In this document: positions 47,628 to 56,960 of the stretch, piece after piece
Position numbering within the stretch: position 1 is the stretch's first letter
How the letters are laid out: every line of letters starts with the position of its first letter
Source: Candidatus Magasanikbacteria bacterium CG11_big_fil_rev_8_21_14_0_20_39_34
Lineage (GTDB): Bacteria > Patescibacteriota > Patescibacteriia > Magasanikbacterales > UBA922
DNA: 64,000 nucleotides
Reading direction: 5' to 3'
Assembly (NCBI GenBank): GCA_002787355.1
Contig: PCWN01000007.1
Span: 184,996-248,995, forward strand
Program-made: the position numbers and the translations under genes
Notes under the pieces: generated by a model
The model's input: only the letters and a program-made list of their open reading frames with translations
Told to the model about the DNA's origin: nothing
The model's database searches: none

Positions 47628-48395
47628 ATGCTAGCAAAAAGTGTTCTCACACATATCAACAAACTTCAACAAAAAAAATACCGAAAACAGTACGAACAAT
47701 TTTTAGTAGAAGGGATAAAAGGAGTAGAAGATGGCTTGAGATCAGGACAAGTGGAAATGGTCATTCTTGAGGGTTCAAAACGGGATGAATCGGCCTATGC
47801 GCTTCTACAGAAAATGGCTTATAAACGACAGGTGGAAGTTCAATTTTGTGGGAGACAGGATATAGGACACATCAAAACGACTCAGACTTTTCCAGGCGTT
47901 TTGGGTATTTGTAGAATGGAAAACGCGGCTTTGGATGAAGTTCTGGGTGGAACCCTTATCTGCTTGGATGGTATAAAAGATCCAGGAAATTTAGGTACTA
48001 TTATTCGGACGGCAGATTGGTTTGGTTTTCAAAATATTCTTTTATCCGGAGATTGTGTGGATCCCTACAATGATAAAGTGGTCCGCAGTACCATGGGTTC
48101 TATTTTCCATGTGCGAATTTGTAAATCCGAAGATTTTGTACATGACTTGAAGATTCTCAAAAATGAGGGGTATACCCTTTCGAGCTTTGTTATGGATGGT
48201 CAGCCATTTGAAAAAATTCGTATAAATAAACGGCAGGCTTTTTTCTTCGGTTCAGAGTCTCACGGGGTATCTGAGGCGGTTGAAAACCTTATGGATAAAC
48301 GATATACTATATCTGGTAACGGCAATGCAGAGTCACTCAATGTAGCGATTTCGTCAGCAATTGTCATGCATACACTCTTCACTCAAAGTAAATAA
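47628..48395 (+). CDS. TrmH/SpoU family RNA methyltransferase
   Basis: DPGNLGTIIRTADWFG, GSESHG, ESLNVAIS. Confidence 0.92.
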   Translation: MLAKSVLTHINKLQQKKYRKQYEQFLVEGIKGVEDGLRSGQVEMVILEGSKRDESAYALLQKMAYKRQVEVQFCGRQDIGHIKTTQTFPGVLGICRMENAALDEVLGGTLICLDGIKDPGNLGTIIRTADWFGFQNILLSGDCVDPYNDKVVRSTMGSIFHVRICKSEDFVHDLKILKNEGYTLSSFVMDGQPFEKIRINKRQAFFFGSESHGVSEAVENLMDKRYTISGNGNAESLNVAISSAIVMHTLFTQSK

Positions 48396-48402
48396 TTATA
48401 AT

Positions 48403-49902
48403 ATGGTACGAACACGATTTGCTCCAAGCCCTACCGGAATGCTCCATGTGGGAGGCCTCAGAACGGCTTTATTTGCTTACCTGTATGCCCGCAAACACAA
48501 AGGGGATTTTCTTATTCGTATTGAAGATACGGATAGAAATCGATTTGTTGAGGGGGGGATAGAACAAATTATTGATTCTCTTTCTTGGGGAAATATAAAA
48601 ATAGATGAGGGCGTAATGCTTGAAAATAATGCTATTGTGCAAAAAGGGGAGAAAGGTCCATACATACAGTCTGAACGGTTTGAACTCTATCAGAAGTATG
48701 CCATGAAGTTATTGGAATCTGGTCATGCTTATTATGCATTTGATACCGCAGAAGAATTGGACAAAATGCGGGAAGTACAGCTGGCTAGTAAGCAAAAACA
48801 GGTTTACGCTCGTGCATCCATGCGAAATAGTTTCACTTTATCACAGGAAGAAGTAAAAAATTTGCTTGCCGCACAGGCCCCCTATGTGCTTCGTCTTAGA
48901 ATTCCAGAGAATGAAATGATTGAATTTGATGACTTGGTTCGTGGGAAAGTAAAAATTCATAGTTCGGAAGTGGACGATCAAATTTTGTTGAAAAGTGATG
49001 GTTTTCCGACTTATCATCTTGCAAATGTGGTAGATGACTATCTTATGGAGATTACACATGTTATCCGTGGGGAAGAGTGGCTTCCTTCTACCCCCAAACA
49101 TGTACTCCTCTATAGAGCCTTTGGTTGGCAGGCACCTACATTTGCTCATCTTTCGCTATTAATAAATGAGCAAAAACAAAAATTAAGCAAACGTCATGGT
49201 GATGTTTCCGTTACCGATTTTAAGGAAAAGGGATACTTGCCCGAAGCATTAATCAATTTTATTGCTTTTTTAGGATGGAATCCCGGGGATGAACGAGAAA
49301 TTTTTTCTTTGGAAGATCTTACGTCTGAGTTTGATTTTGACAAAGTAAGTAAGGCCCCAGCTGTTTTTAATAGAGAAAAATTAAATTGGTACAATAGGCA
49401 ATACATGATGAATATGGACCTCCATGAGGTAACCAGACGTGCTCTTCCATTTTTTAAACATCAAGGTATTCTTGATCGTGACGAAATTGATGATAAAGAA
49501 GAGTTTGAAGTTCTGAAAAAAATAGTGAATCTGGAACGAGGAAGAGTTGATACTCTGGCAGAGCTTCCTGCTGCTGTAGGATTTATCTTTTCCGATGATT
49601 TATCATATGATCCTGGACTTCTGGTATGGAAAAAATCTACGGTAGAAGACGCAAAGGATAAGTTGCAACAGATATACAATGTCCTACAGGCAGATATCTC
49701 AGAGGAGATGTGGAATAAAGAAACCCTAGAAGAGCATGTTATATCTTGGATAAAAGAAAATGAATATGGTGTTGGTGATGTACTCTGGCCAACTCGTGTC
49801 GCATTATCAGGACAGAAAAATTCGCCGGGTCCTTTTGAGATTGCTGAAGTTTTGGGCAAAGAGAAGACCTTACAGAGAATTTCAAATGCGCTTAAGACGT
49901 AA
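48403..49902 (+). CDS. gltX: Glutamate--tRNA ligase
   Basis: RFAPSPTG, HVGG, THVIRGEEW, KLSKR. Confidence 0.97.
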   Translation: MVRTRFAPSPTGMLHVGGLRTALFAYLYARKHKGDFLIRIEDTDRNRFVEGGIEQIIDSLSWGNIKIDEGVMLENNAIVQKGEKGPYIQSERFELYQKYAMKLLESGHAYYAFDTAEELDKMREVQLASKQKQVYARASMRNSFTLSQEEVKNLLAAQAPYVLRLRIPENEMIEFDDLVRGKVKIHSSEVDDQILLKSDGFPTYHLANVVDDYLMEITHVIRGEEWLPSTPKHVLLYRAFGWQAPTFAHLSLLINEQKQKLSKRHGDVSVTDFKEKGYLPEALINFIAFLGWNPGDEREIFSLEDLTSEFDFDKVSKAPAVFNREKLNWYNRQYMMNMDLHEVTRRALPFFKHQGILDRDEIDDKEEFEVLKKIVNLERGRVDTLAELPAAVGFIFSDDLSYDPGLLVWKKSTVEDAKDKLQQIYNVLQADISEEMWNKETLEEHVISWIKENEYGVGDVLWPTRVALSGQKNSPGPFEIAEVLGKEKTLQRISNALKT

Positions 49903-49904
49903 TT

Positions 49905-50840
49905 ATGGAGAGAACCACAGTCATTACCTCTGGGGCGCCATTTATTGATATTGATGCCTATGCGTGCATATTTGCATATCAAGAACTCTTACAAAAGCAG
50001 GGGAAAAAAGTGCTTTCGCTGGTAACATCACACCCAAATGCAAGTATTATTCATCGTTATAAGAAAGACTTTTATTCAAGGGATACAAAAATGTTATGGA
50101 ACATTCCAGAAAAAGGGTATGTTCTTGTTGATGTTTCTGATCCAAAGCACTTTGAGTCGTTTGTTGAAGAAAAAGAGGTAACAAATGTATTTGACCATCA
50201 TCCTGGGTTTGAAAATTTTTGGAAAGAAAAAATTGGAAAAAATGCTGTCATTGAGCCAGTTGGTGCTGCTGCTACATTGATTTTTCGTGAGTATAAAAAG
50301 TCTCAGTTTTTGCAAGAGATTTCACCCTTTGCCGCTGAACTTTTGGCAGCAGCTATTTTGTCCAATACCCTCTCTTTTCAAGCTCAGATAAGCACACAGG
50401 AGGATAAGGATGCTTATGCAGAATTGTCAGCCTATTTTAACTTTCAAGAACAGTTTGAGTCAGAATATTTTTTAGAAGTTCAGAGAACCATTGAAAATAC
50501 CATTACCGAATCTCTTGTAAATGATTCAAAGCGGATAGATTTTCTTGGACAAAAGATCTTTATTGCACAATTGGAGGTTTTTGACGCAGAAAATATCCTT
50601 CGAAGTAAAACAGAGGATATATCCAATTTTTTACAAAATTCACCAGACAATATTACCTTTTTGAACCTTATTGAAATAGGAAAAGGAAGAAACGTTATTA
50701 TTTTCAAAAATAGGGATTCAAAAGATTTCTTGTTGGATCATTTGTCCGATATAAACATAGATACCCACACAGGGTATGGCTTCACACCTTCTGTTGTTCT
50801 TCGAAAAGAAATCCTGACAAAAATGTATAATAAGGCATAG
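49905..50840 (+). CDS. DHH family phosphoesterase, PpaC (family II pyrophosphatase)-like
   Basis: DIDAY, LVD, FDHH, EPVGAAAT, AILSNT, LRKEI. Confidence 0.8.
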   Translation: MERTTVITSGAPFIDIDAYACIFAYQELLQKQGKKVLSLVTSHPNASIIHRYKKDFYSRDTKMLWNIPEKGYVLVDVSDPKHFESFVEEKEVTNVFDHHPGFENFWKEKIGKNAVIEPVGAAATLIFREYKKSQFLQEISPFAAELLAAAILSNTLSFQAQISTQEDKDAYAELSAYFNFQEQFESEYFLEVQRTIENTITESLVNDSKRIDFLGQKIFIAQLEVFDAENILRSKTEDISNFLQNSPDNITFLNLIEIGKGRNVIIFKNRDSKDFLLDHLSDINIDTHTGYGFTPSVVLRKEILTKMYNKA

Positions 50841-50887
50841 GAGGGGAGAGTATTCACGAAAACTTTTCAATTTGCTATAATGTTCTC

Positions 50888-52150
50888 ATGAATATCAAGA
50901 AATTTACAATCCTCTTGAGCTTGTGTATCGTATTTTTGGCAGTACCGTATTTTGTAATCTCTGTAAATGCCGCTGGGAACTCTACTCAAGCGGAAGTTGA
51001 TCAGCTCAATCAGGAAATAGAAGCGAGACAGAGCAAAATTAAACAAATTGAAGATAGTATTCTTCAATACAAAAAAAAGATAGAAGAAACTCGACTTGAA
51101 AAGGTTTCTCTTGATAATCAATTAAGCATTCTTCAGAATAGAGTAACTGGGGTTGAACTTGATATAAAACTTATCAATGAAAAACTCGATACTATTAATT
51201 TGCAAATTGAGAAACTCCAGTTTGAGATTGCGGAAAAGGAAAAAAGTATTGAGATACAAAAGGTTATTTCAGCGGAGCTTATACGGACACTTCACAAAAA
51301 CGGTGGAAGAAATCTCGTAGAAATTTTAGCGGTATATGACTCATTTTCAAGCTTTTACAATAAACTTCAGTATCTCAAAACAGTTGAAACCAACCTTGCG
51401 GATACTACAAAATCACTAAAGATAGCAAAAGCTGATCTTGAGGGAGAAAAAGAAGAAACAAAGCAAAGACGTCTTGCCTATAAGGATCTTGAAGATAAAC
51501 TCTCTGAAAGAAAAAAAGATCTTGAAGAGCAAGCCTTTGCCAAAGAAGATATCCTCATTAAAACCAAAAATTCTGAGAAGGTATATGAGACATTAGTAGA
51601 AAATTTAAAAAGACAATACCAAGATACAGAGAGTGAGATAACTGGTTTTGAAAAACAAATCCGTCAAAAGCTTGAGGAACAAAAAAAGTTGGAATCCTTT
51701 CCTCCTGCAGAACAGGACTTTGGTAATAAACTTTCTTGGCCCACACAAAGTAGGTACCTTACTGCGTACTTTCATGATCCGGATTATCCCTTCCGTAACG
51801 TTTTTGAGCATACAGGAATTGATATTCGGGCAGCACAGGCAACACCCATAAAAGCGGCTGGAACTGGGTATATTGGACGTGCAAAGCATTGTTCTGCCTC
51901 AACATGCTATTCATATGTTATGGTGATTCATCCTGGAGGACTAGCTACGGTGTATGGACACTTGAGTAAAATTTTAGTAAATGAGGAAGGTTTTGTTTCT
52001 CGTGGAGATATTATTGGGTATTCTGGTGGAACACCTGGAACCGCAGGTGCCGGTCCGTTTGTTACAGGGCCACATCTCCACTTTGAAGTACGTTTGAATG
52101 GTATTCCAGTAAATCCATTGGATTACCTCATACGTGATTGGGACGAATAA
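50888..52150 (+). CDS. Coiled-coil M23 peptidase (EnvC/CwlO-like murein hydrolase)
   Basis: Signal peptide, long coiled coil, HTGIDI, YGHLS, TGPHLHFEVR. TATAAT 6 nt before the ATG (possibly leaderless). Confidence 0.9.
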   Translation: MNIKKFTILLSLCIVFLAVPYFVISVNAAGNSTQAEVDQLNQEIEARQSKIKQIEDSILQYKKKIEETRLEKVSLDNQLSILQNRVTGVELDIKLINEKLDTINLQIEKLQFEIAEKEKSIEIQKVISAELIRTLHKNGGRNLVEILAVYDSFSSFYNKLQYLKTVETNLADTTKSLKIAKADLEGEKEETKQRRLAYKDLEDKLSERKKDLEEQAFAKEDILIKTKNSEKVYETLVENLKRQYQDTESEITGFEKQIRQKLEEQKKLESFPPAEQDFGNKLSWPTQSRYLTAYFHDPDYPFRNVFEHTGIDIRAAQATPIKAAGTGYIGRAKHCSASTCYSYVMVIHPGGLATVYGHLSKILVNEEGFVSRGDIIGYSGGTPGTAGAGPFVTGPHLHFEVRLNGIPVNPLDYLIRDWDE

Positions 52151-52153
52151 AAT

Positions 52154-52182
52154 AAAAAACAACGCAAAGCGCGTTGTTTTTT
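52154..52182. terminator. Bidirectional intrinsic terminator
   Basis: AAAAAACAACGC-AAAGC-GCGTTGTTTTTT. Confidence 0.75.
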
Positions 52183-52198
52183 TGTCATTGTAGGTCTC

Positions 52199-53047
52199 CT
52201 ATATTCTTTCTACCCAATGCTTATCTACTTCAACTTCAAGTCCAAGATAAACTTTTTTGTTTGTTGATTGTTCAAGTTCTTTACGTGCCATTTGGCCAAT
52301 TTCTTTTACTTTATTAGCACCTTTACCTATAATCATTTTTTTGTATCGTTCATCATTGGTAAGAATTTTTCCTTCAATTCGGATAAGATCTTCCGTTTCT
52401 TCCACCGAATCAATCTCAACATTCAAGGAGTAGGGGACTTCTTTCTCAAAAATGGAAAATGCTTTTTCCCGTACAATTTCTGCTATCCAAAAGTAGTTGT
52501 CAATATTGGTCAATTGATTTTCCGGATAGAGTGGATCACCTTCTGGGAGGAGTTCCATGACCCTATCACGAAGTGGTTGGATGTGACTTCCTTTAAGGGC
52601 AGATAGGGTGAGGACTTCATTAAAATCGTTTCCCCAGAATTGATAGTCAAGTTGATACTTTCTGTTCTCCTCATGAAGATCACTCTTATTAATTACTAAA
52701 ATTTTAGGTGTCTGGATGTTTCTGATAAGTCCAAAGGTATGACGTTCTTCATCACCAATTTCCTTTGTTGGATCAACTACATAGATGATAACGTCAATAT
52801 CGGAAAGGGCGCCTTCTACCTTGTGCAGAAGTTTTGCGGTAAGCTTACTCTTTTTTGCTTTCAGCACTCCAGGAGTATCTACAAAGACAGCTTGTCCGTC
52901 TGGTGTATTCATGACCCCGTGGATGATGTGTCGAGTCATTTGAGCACGAAAACTAGTAGCCGCAATTTTGGTACCCACAAGCGTATTGAGGAGGGTTGAT
53001 TTACCCACATTTGATCTCCCCACGATTACAACAAATCCTGATTTCAT
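52199..53047 (-). CDS. era: GTPase Era
   Basis: GRSNVGKST, DTPG, NKSD, EVPYS, IIGKGA KH domain. Confidence 0.96.
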   Translation of the reverse strand: MKSGFVVIVGRSNVGKSTLLNTLVGTKIAATSFRAQMTRHIIHGVMNTPDGQAVFVDTPGVLKAKKSKLTAKLLHKVEGALSDIDVIIYVVDPTKEIGDEERHTFGLIRNIQTPKILVINKSDLHEENRKYQLDYQFWGNDFNEVLTLSALKGSHIQPLRDRVMELLPEGDPLYPENQLTNIDNYFWIAEIVREKAFSIFEKEVPYSLNVEIDSVEETEDLIRIEGKILTNDERYKKMIIGKGANKVKEIGQMARKELEQSTNKKVYLGLEVEVDKHWVERI

Positions 53048-53150
53048 AACAATTTTCAGCTAATATATAACACTTCTTGAGAAGTTTACCACTTTCTTGT
53101 ATAAAAATCAAGATTGCTGTATACTAGTCAAATATTAAATATGTAATGAT

Positions 53151-53594
53151 ATGAAAGTACTTTTTCTTAAAGATGTAAAGGGAACGGGGAAAAAAGGGGA
53201 GGTAAAAGAGGTTGCGGAAGGTTATGCTCGGAACTTTCTTATCCCAAAAAATCTTGCAAAGCCGGCGACAGAGAAGGTTTTGTCCACTATGGCACAAAAT
53301 CAAAAAAATCGTCTGAAACGAGAAAAAAAACAAGAACACGAAGCCAAAAAAATGTCCCAAAAATTGGAAGGTGAAGTTGTTCATATCTATAAAAAGGCAA
53401 ATGATGCGGGAACTCTCTTTGCTGCCATAAGTGCGAAAGAAGTGGTCAAGGCTTTAAAAGGAAAAGGGATCATCATTGAAGAAAAAAGTATTGAATTTTT
53501 TGAGCCCATAAAGCACACCGGCACACACCCCGTCATGGCTAACCTTGCAGGACAAAAAACAAAATTTAAAATAAATATACAGGTCATTGCTTAA
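53151..53594 (+). CDS. rplI: 50S ribosomal protein L9
   Basis: [26 protein letters not shown]. Confidence 0.97.
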   Translation: MKVLFLKDVKGTGKKGEVKEVAEGYARNFLIPKNLAKPATEKVLSTMAQNQKNRLKREKKQEHEAKKMSQKLEGEVVHIYKKANDAGTLFAAISAKEVVKALKGKGIIIEEKSIEFFEPIKHTGTHPVMANLAGQKTKFKINIQVIA

Positions 53595-53617
53595 ATGACC
53601 TTTATTTTTTGAAAGGT

Positions 53618-55258
53618 ATGACACCAAAAAAGCAGAAACCGAAGTTTATTTTTGTAGTGGGAGGCGTAATGAGTAGCGTCGGAAAAGGCGTTACCGCAGC
53701 CTCAATCTCGACAATCCTCCAATCCAGAGGATTCAAGACCACCAATATCAAGTGTGACATGTATGTCAACATTGATGCTGGGACGATTCGTCCCACAGAG
53801 CATGGTGAAGTGTTTGTGGGAAGTGATGGAATTGAAGCAGATCAAGATCTTGGAAATTATGAACGATTTACAGGTAATGAAATGTCTTCTTTAAACTATG
53901 TAACTACTGGACAGGTATATCAGGAAGTTATTCGTAAGGAAAGAAATCTTGAATATGGCGGTGAAGATGTGGAAGTGGTTCCGGATGTCCCAAATGAAAT
54001 TATTCGACGTATACGACTGGCTCAGAAAGAAAGCCAAGCAGAAATTACAGTTGTAGAATTTGGTGGTACGGTAGGGGAGTATCAGGTATTACTTTTTTTG
54101 GAAGCAGCTCGTATTATGAAAGTTCATAATCCCAAAGATGTGGCCTTTGTTTTGGTGAGTTATTTGCCCCTTCCAAAACATATTGGTGAAATGAAAACGA
54201 AACCAACTCAATACGCTGTACGAACTCTCGGAGCAGCAGGTATTCAGACAGACTTCATTGTAGCAAGAGGGGAGCAGACACTTGATAAAAAACGTCGCCA
54301 AACATTAGCAAATGTGTGCAATCTTCTTGATGGTACGGTGGTTGCCGCACCTGATTGTGACTCTATTTATGATGTTCCATTACTTTTCCACGAACAAGGT
54401 TTTGAAAACCGTCTTCTCAAAAAGCTTTCTCTCAAACCAAGAAAGAACGACTTTAAAAGCTGGGAAAACTTTTTACAAAAAAGAAAAAGTGCAAAAAAAA
54501 CGGTACGTATTGGTATTGTGGGAAAATATTTTAGTACGGGTGATTTTACTCTTGCTGATTCGTACATCTCAGTGATTGAAGCAGCAAAACATGCATGTTG
54601 GGGCAATAATGTTATTCCAGACCTTACGTGGGTGGATTCAGAACTCTATGAAAATGATCCACAAAAAGTTCAAAAACTAAAAGAATTTGATGGAATAATT
54701 GTTCCCGGAGGGTTTGGAACACGTGGTATAGAAGGGGTTATACGTGCTATAGAATATGCAAGAGTCCATAATATCCCTTATCTAGGGCTCTGTTATGGAA
54801 TGCAGCTTGCCTGTGTGGAATTTGCAAGAAATGTATTGGGAATTAAAAAGGCAAATACAGTGGAGATGGATCCAAATACACCAGATCCTATTATCCACGT
54901 AAACCCGACACAGTCGGAGAATATTCAAAAAAATCGTTATGGAGGAACCATGCGTCTTGGCTCCTACGATTGTGAATTAAAAAAGGGGACAAAGACTTCA
55001 AAAGCTTATGGAGAAAAGGTAATCAGTGAACGCCATCGTCATCGTTATGAGTTTAATAATGCATACAGAGATGCACTGGAAGAAAAGGGACTTGAGGTTG
55101 TGGGAGTAAATCCAGAATCACAGTTGGTAGAAATTGTGGAACTCAAGAATCATCCTTTTTTTGTGGGCGTGCAGTTTCATCCTGAATTTTTGTCACGACC
55201 AACACAACCTCATCCACTTTTCCTTGAATTTATAAAAGAATCAAAAAAAAGATCATAA
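53618..55258 (+). CDS. pyrG: CTP synthase
   Basis: GGVMSSVGKG, HGEVFV, KTKPTQ, PGGFG, GLCYGMQ, ERHRHRYE, QFHPEF. Confidence 0.97.
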   Translation: MTPKKQKPKFIFVVGGVMSSVGKGVTAASISTILQSRGFKTTNIKCDMYVNIDAGTIRPTEHGEVFVGSDGIEADQDLGNYERFTGNEMSSLNYVTTGQVYQEVIRKERNLEYGGEDVEVVPDVPNEIIRRIRLAQKESQAEITVVEFGGTVGEYQVLLFLEAARIMKVHNPKDVAFVLVSYLPLPKHIGEMKTKPTQYAVRTLGAAGIQTDFIVARGEQTLDKKRRQTLANVCNLLDGTVVAAPDCDSIYDVPLLFHEQGFENRLLKKLSLKPRKNDFKSWENFLQKRKSAKKTVRIGIVGKYFSTGDFTLADSYISVIEAAKHACWGNNVIPDLTWVDSELYENDPQKVQKLKEFDGIIVPGGFGTRGIEGVIRAIEYARVHNIPYLGLCYGMQLACVEFARNVLGIKKANTVEMDPNTPDPIIHVNPTQSENIQKNRYGGTMRLGSYDCELKKGTKTSKAYGEKVISERHRHRYEFNNAYRDALEEKGLEVVGVNPESQLVEIVELKNHPFFVGVQFHPEFLSRPTQPHPLFLEFIKESKKRS

Positions 55259-55270
55259 AAGAAAGAAATA

Positions 55271-55300
55271 AAAAACAGGCTAGGGGAGAGGCCTGTTTTT
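55271..55300 (+). terminator. Intrinsic terminator after pyrG
   Basis: AAAAACAGGC...GCCTGTTTTT followed by T runs. Confidence 0.7.
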
Positions 55301-55377
55301 TGTTTTTTTACAGAGGTATGATATTCTTAAATGTAGATGCAAGATCCTCTTGCGTTAACCGCCGGACGGGAGTTCAC

Positions 55378-55653
55378 ATGAGCGCTGCTCCAATGTGTCA
55401 GGTGTGCGGCCTTCAGATCACCTGGGAAGGGGATGGTACTCCCCCTCCACACATGATTCATGAAGGGGCATGCCCTGAACGTCCGCAGAACCTGTGCCAA
55501 GTTTACCTGCTCCTGGAGGGCTGGTGTAGGCGTAATGGGGCACAGAACCCCCTCTACTACAACGAAATCGGCAACACACTCGAGCGAGCAAGTTCTGTGC
55601 TTGACTCTGGGCGGGGGAGGCCACGCCGTCTTGCCACTGGCTCAAAAAGATAG
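55378..55653 (+). CDS. GC-rich orphan protein with possible Zn ligands (CxxC...H-x3-C)
   Basis: MSAAPMCQVCG...HMIHEGACP; about 58% GC by hand count; GGGAG 5 nt before the ATG. Confidence 0.55.
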   Translation: MSAAPMCQVCGLQITWEGDGTPPPHMIHEGACPERPQNLCQVYLLLEGWCRRNGAQNPLYYNEIGNTLERASSVLDSGRGRPRRLATGSKR

Positions 55654-55718
55654 TACCAACATCTCAAAACCCCACCGCCCACCATCTACACTTCTTCCTC
55701 AATAGTCTCTTAATACTA

Positions 55719-55746
55719 ATGTCGCACAATATATCTTATGCGACAC
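55719..55746. other. dif-like tyrosine recombinase site (11-6-11, near-symmetric arms)
   Basis: ATGTCGCACAA-TATATC-TTATGCGACAC; compare E. coli dif GGTGCGCATAA-TGTATA-TTATGTTAAAT. Confidence 0.6.
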
Positions 55747-56018
55747 TACAGAAAGTATCTTTAAAACAAGGGGTATAAGTATACCGCCTTTTTACTTTAG
55801 AAATCCCTACGAACATCTATGTATATATTAAAACCTATTTATACTTCAAATTAGATTATATAATTTGATTAAATTTTTATTAAATATATATACGTCCTTA
55901 TTATCTATGTAATTTGTATATAGATAAATGCTTGGCTATAAACCAATCATTTATATTTAATTGTAATACCAATTCCCCTTTCTCATGAGAGGTAAATCAC
56001 TGAATATATTGTGCGACA
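55720..56018. repeat. 15-bp perfect inverted repeat bracketing an AT-rich non-coding segment
   Basis: TGTCGCACAATATAT (55720-55734) and ATATATTGTGCGACA (56004-56018). Confidence 0.85.
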
Positions 56019-56051
56019 CATAGATATTTCTATATATTGTTTTAAAAAAGA

Positions 56052-56081
56052 AAAAGCAGCTAGAACAATCTAGCTGCTTTT
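56052..56081 (-). terminator. Intrinsic terminator after the dsbA-like gene
   Basis: AAAAGCAGCTAGA-ACAA-TCTAGCTGCTTTT. Confidence 0.75.
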
Positions 56082-56097
56082 ACAATTATAACTACAA

Positions 56098-56889
56098 TTA
56101 TTGGAGAAGGCTCTTTATCGCGGATTCAACATCTGCGTATGGAAGAGCTCCGTTGAGTGGGATCTTCTGACCGTTTGGTCCATAGAGCACACTGTATGGT
56201 GTCCCCTGTCTTGGTACCTCTACCTCATCACGTGAAATACGAGATGCATATTTTTCTGATGTAAGACAAGTATTAAATGTTGTAGTGTTGAGACCAACAT
56301 TTTTTGCATACAATGCAAACTCAGAAGCATTCAGACGTCCTTTTTGTGCTGCTTCTTCAAACATGTAGTCTGCAAGCTCCCAAAATTTTCCTTGTTCACC
56401 AGCACATTCACTAGCAAGCGCTGCCTGGCGAGCATTTGGATGTAGCCCATCGAGTGGGTGGTGACGGTAGACCCATCGGATATCATTTCCATACTTTTCC
56501 ATGATTTGATTCATGGTAGCTTGAAATCTGTTGCAGTATGGACATTCGAAATCAGAGTATTCAATCAAAGTAATTTTTGCATTTTGTTTTCCTCGAATAT
56601 GATCAACTTTTGGATCAACCGCGTTGAAGTCGGTTGGAGATGCTGGCTGCTGTGGTTGAGCAGGTGCTGCAGCGGCTCCTGTTGTATCTGCCATTCCAGC
56701 TGCTTTATCGTTCATATCTTTACTCATAGTTCCCCTTCCCCCAATAAGAAGAACAAAAAAACCAAGAGTACAAAGAACAAGTATTGTTCCAATTACCCCA
56801 ACTTTAAGGGTTTGTACGGGTGAGAGCATATTGAGAAGATCCAGCATAGACTGTTCTTCTCGCTTTTTATGGGATGAATCCATAGTCAT
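56098..56889 (-). CDS. Membrane-anchored DsbA-family thiol-disulfide oxidoreductase
   Basis: DHIRG, EYSDFECPYC, YRHHPL, GTP, GALPY. Confidence 0.92.
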   Translation of the reverse strand: MTMDSSHKKREEQSMLDLLNMLSPVQTLKVGVIGTILVLCTLGFFVLLIGGRGTMSKDMNDKAAGMADTTGAAAAPAQPQQPASPTDFNAVDPKVDHIRGKQNAKITLIEYSDFECPYCNRFQATMNQIMEKYGNDIRWVYRHHPLDGLHPNARQAALASECAGEQGKFWELADYMFEEAAQKGRLNASEFALYAKNVGLNTTTFNTCLTSEKYASRISRDEVEVPRQGTPYSVLYGPNGQKIPLNGALPYADVESAIKSLLQ

Positions 56890-56960
56890 ATATAATGAAT
56901 GATTAAAATAAAAATGAATTATACTTAGCAAGTTTACCACACCCTCTCTTTCCATTCAAG

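Noticed and set aside
55746-56003. AT-rich segment as replication origin
   Set aside because: No DnaA boxes seen, and flanking genes converge on it, which fits a terminus rather than an origin.
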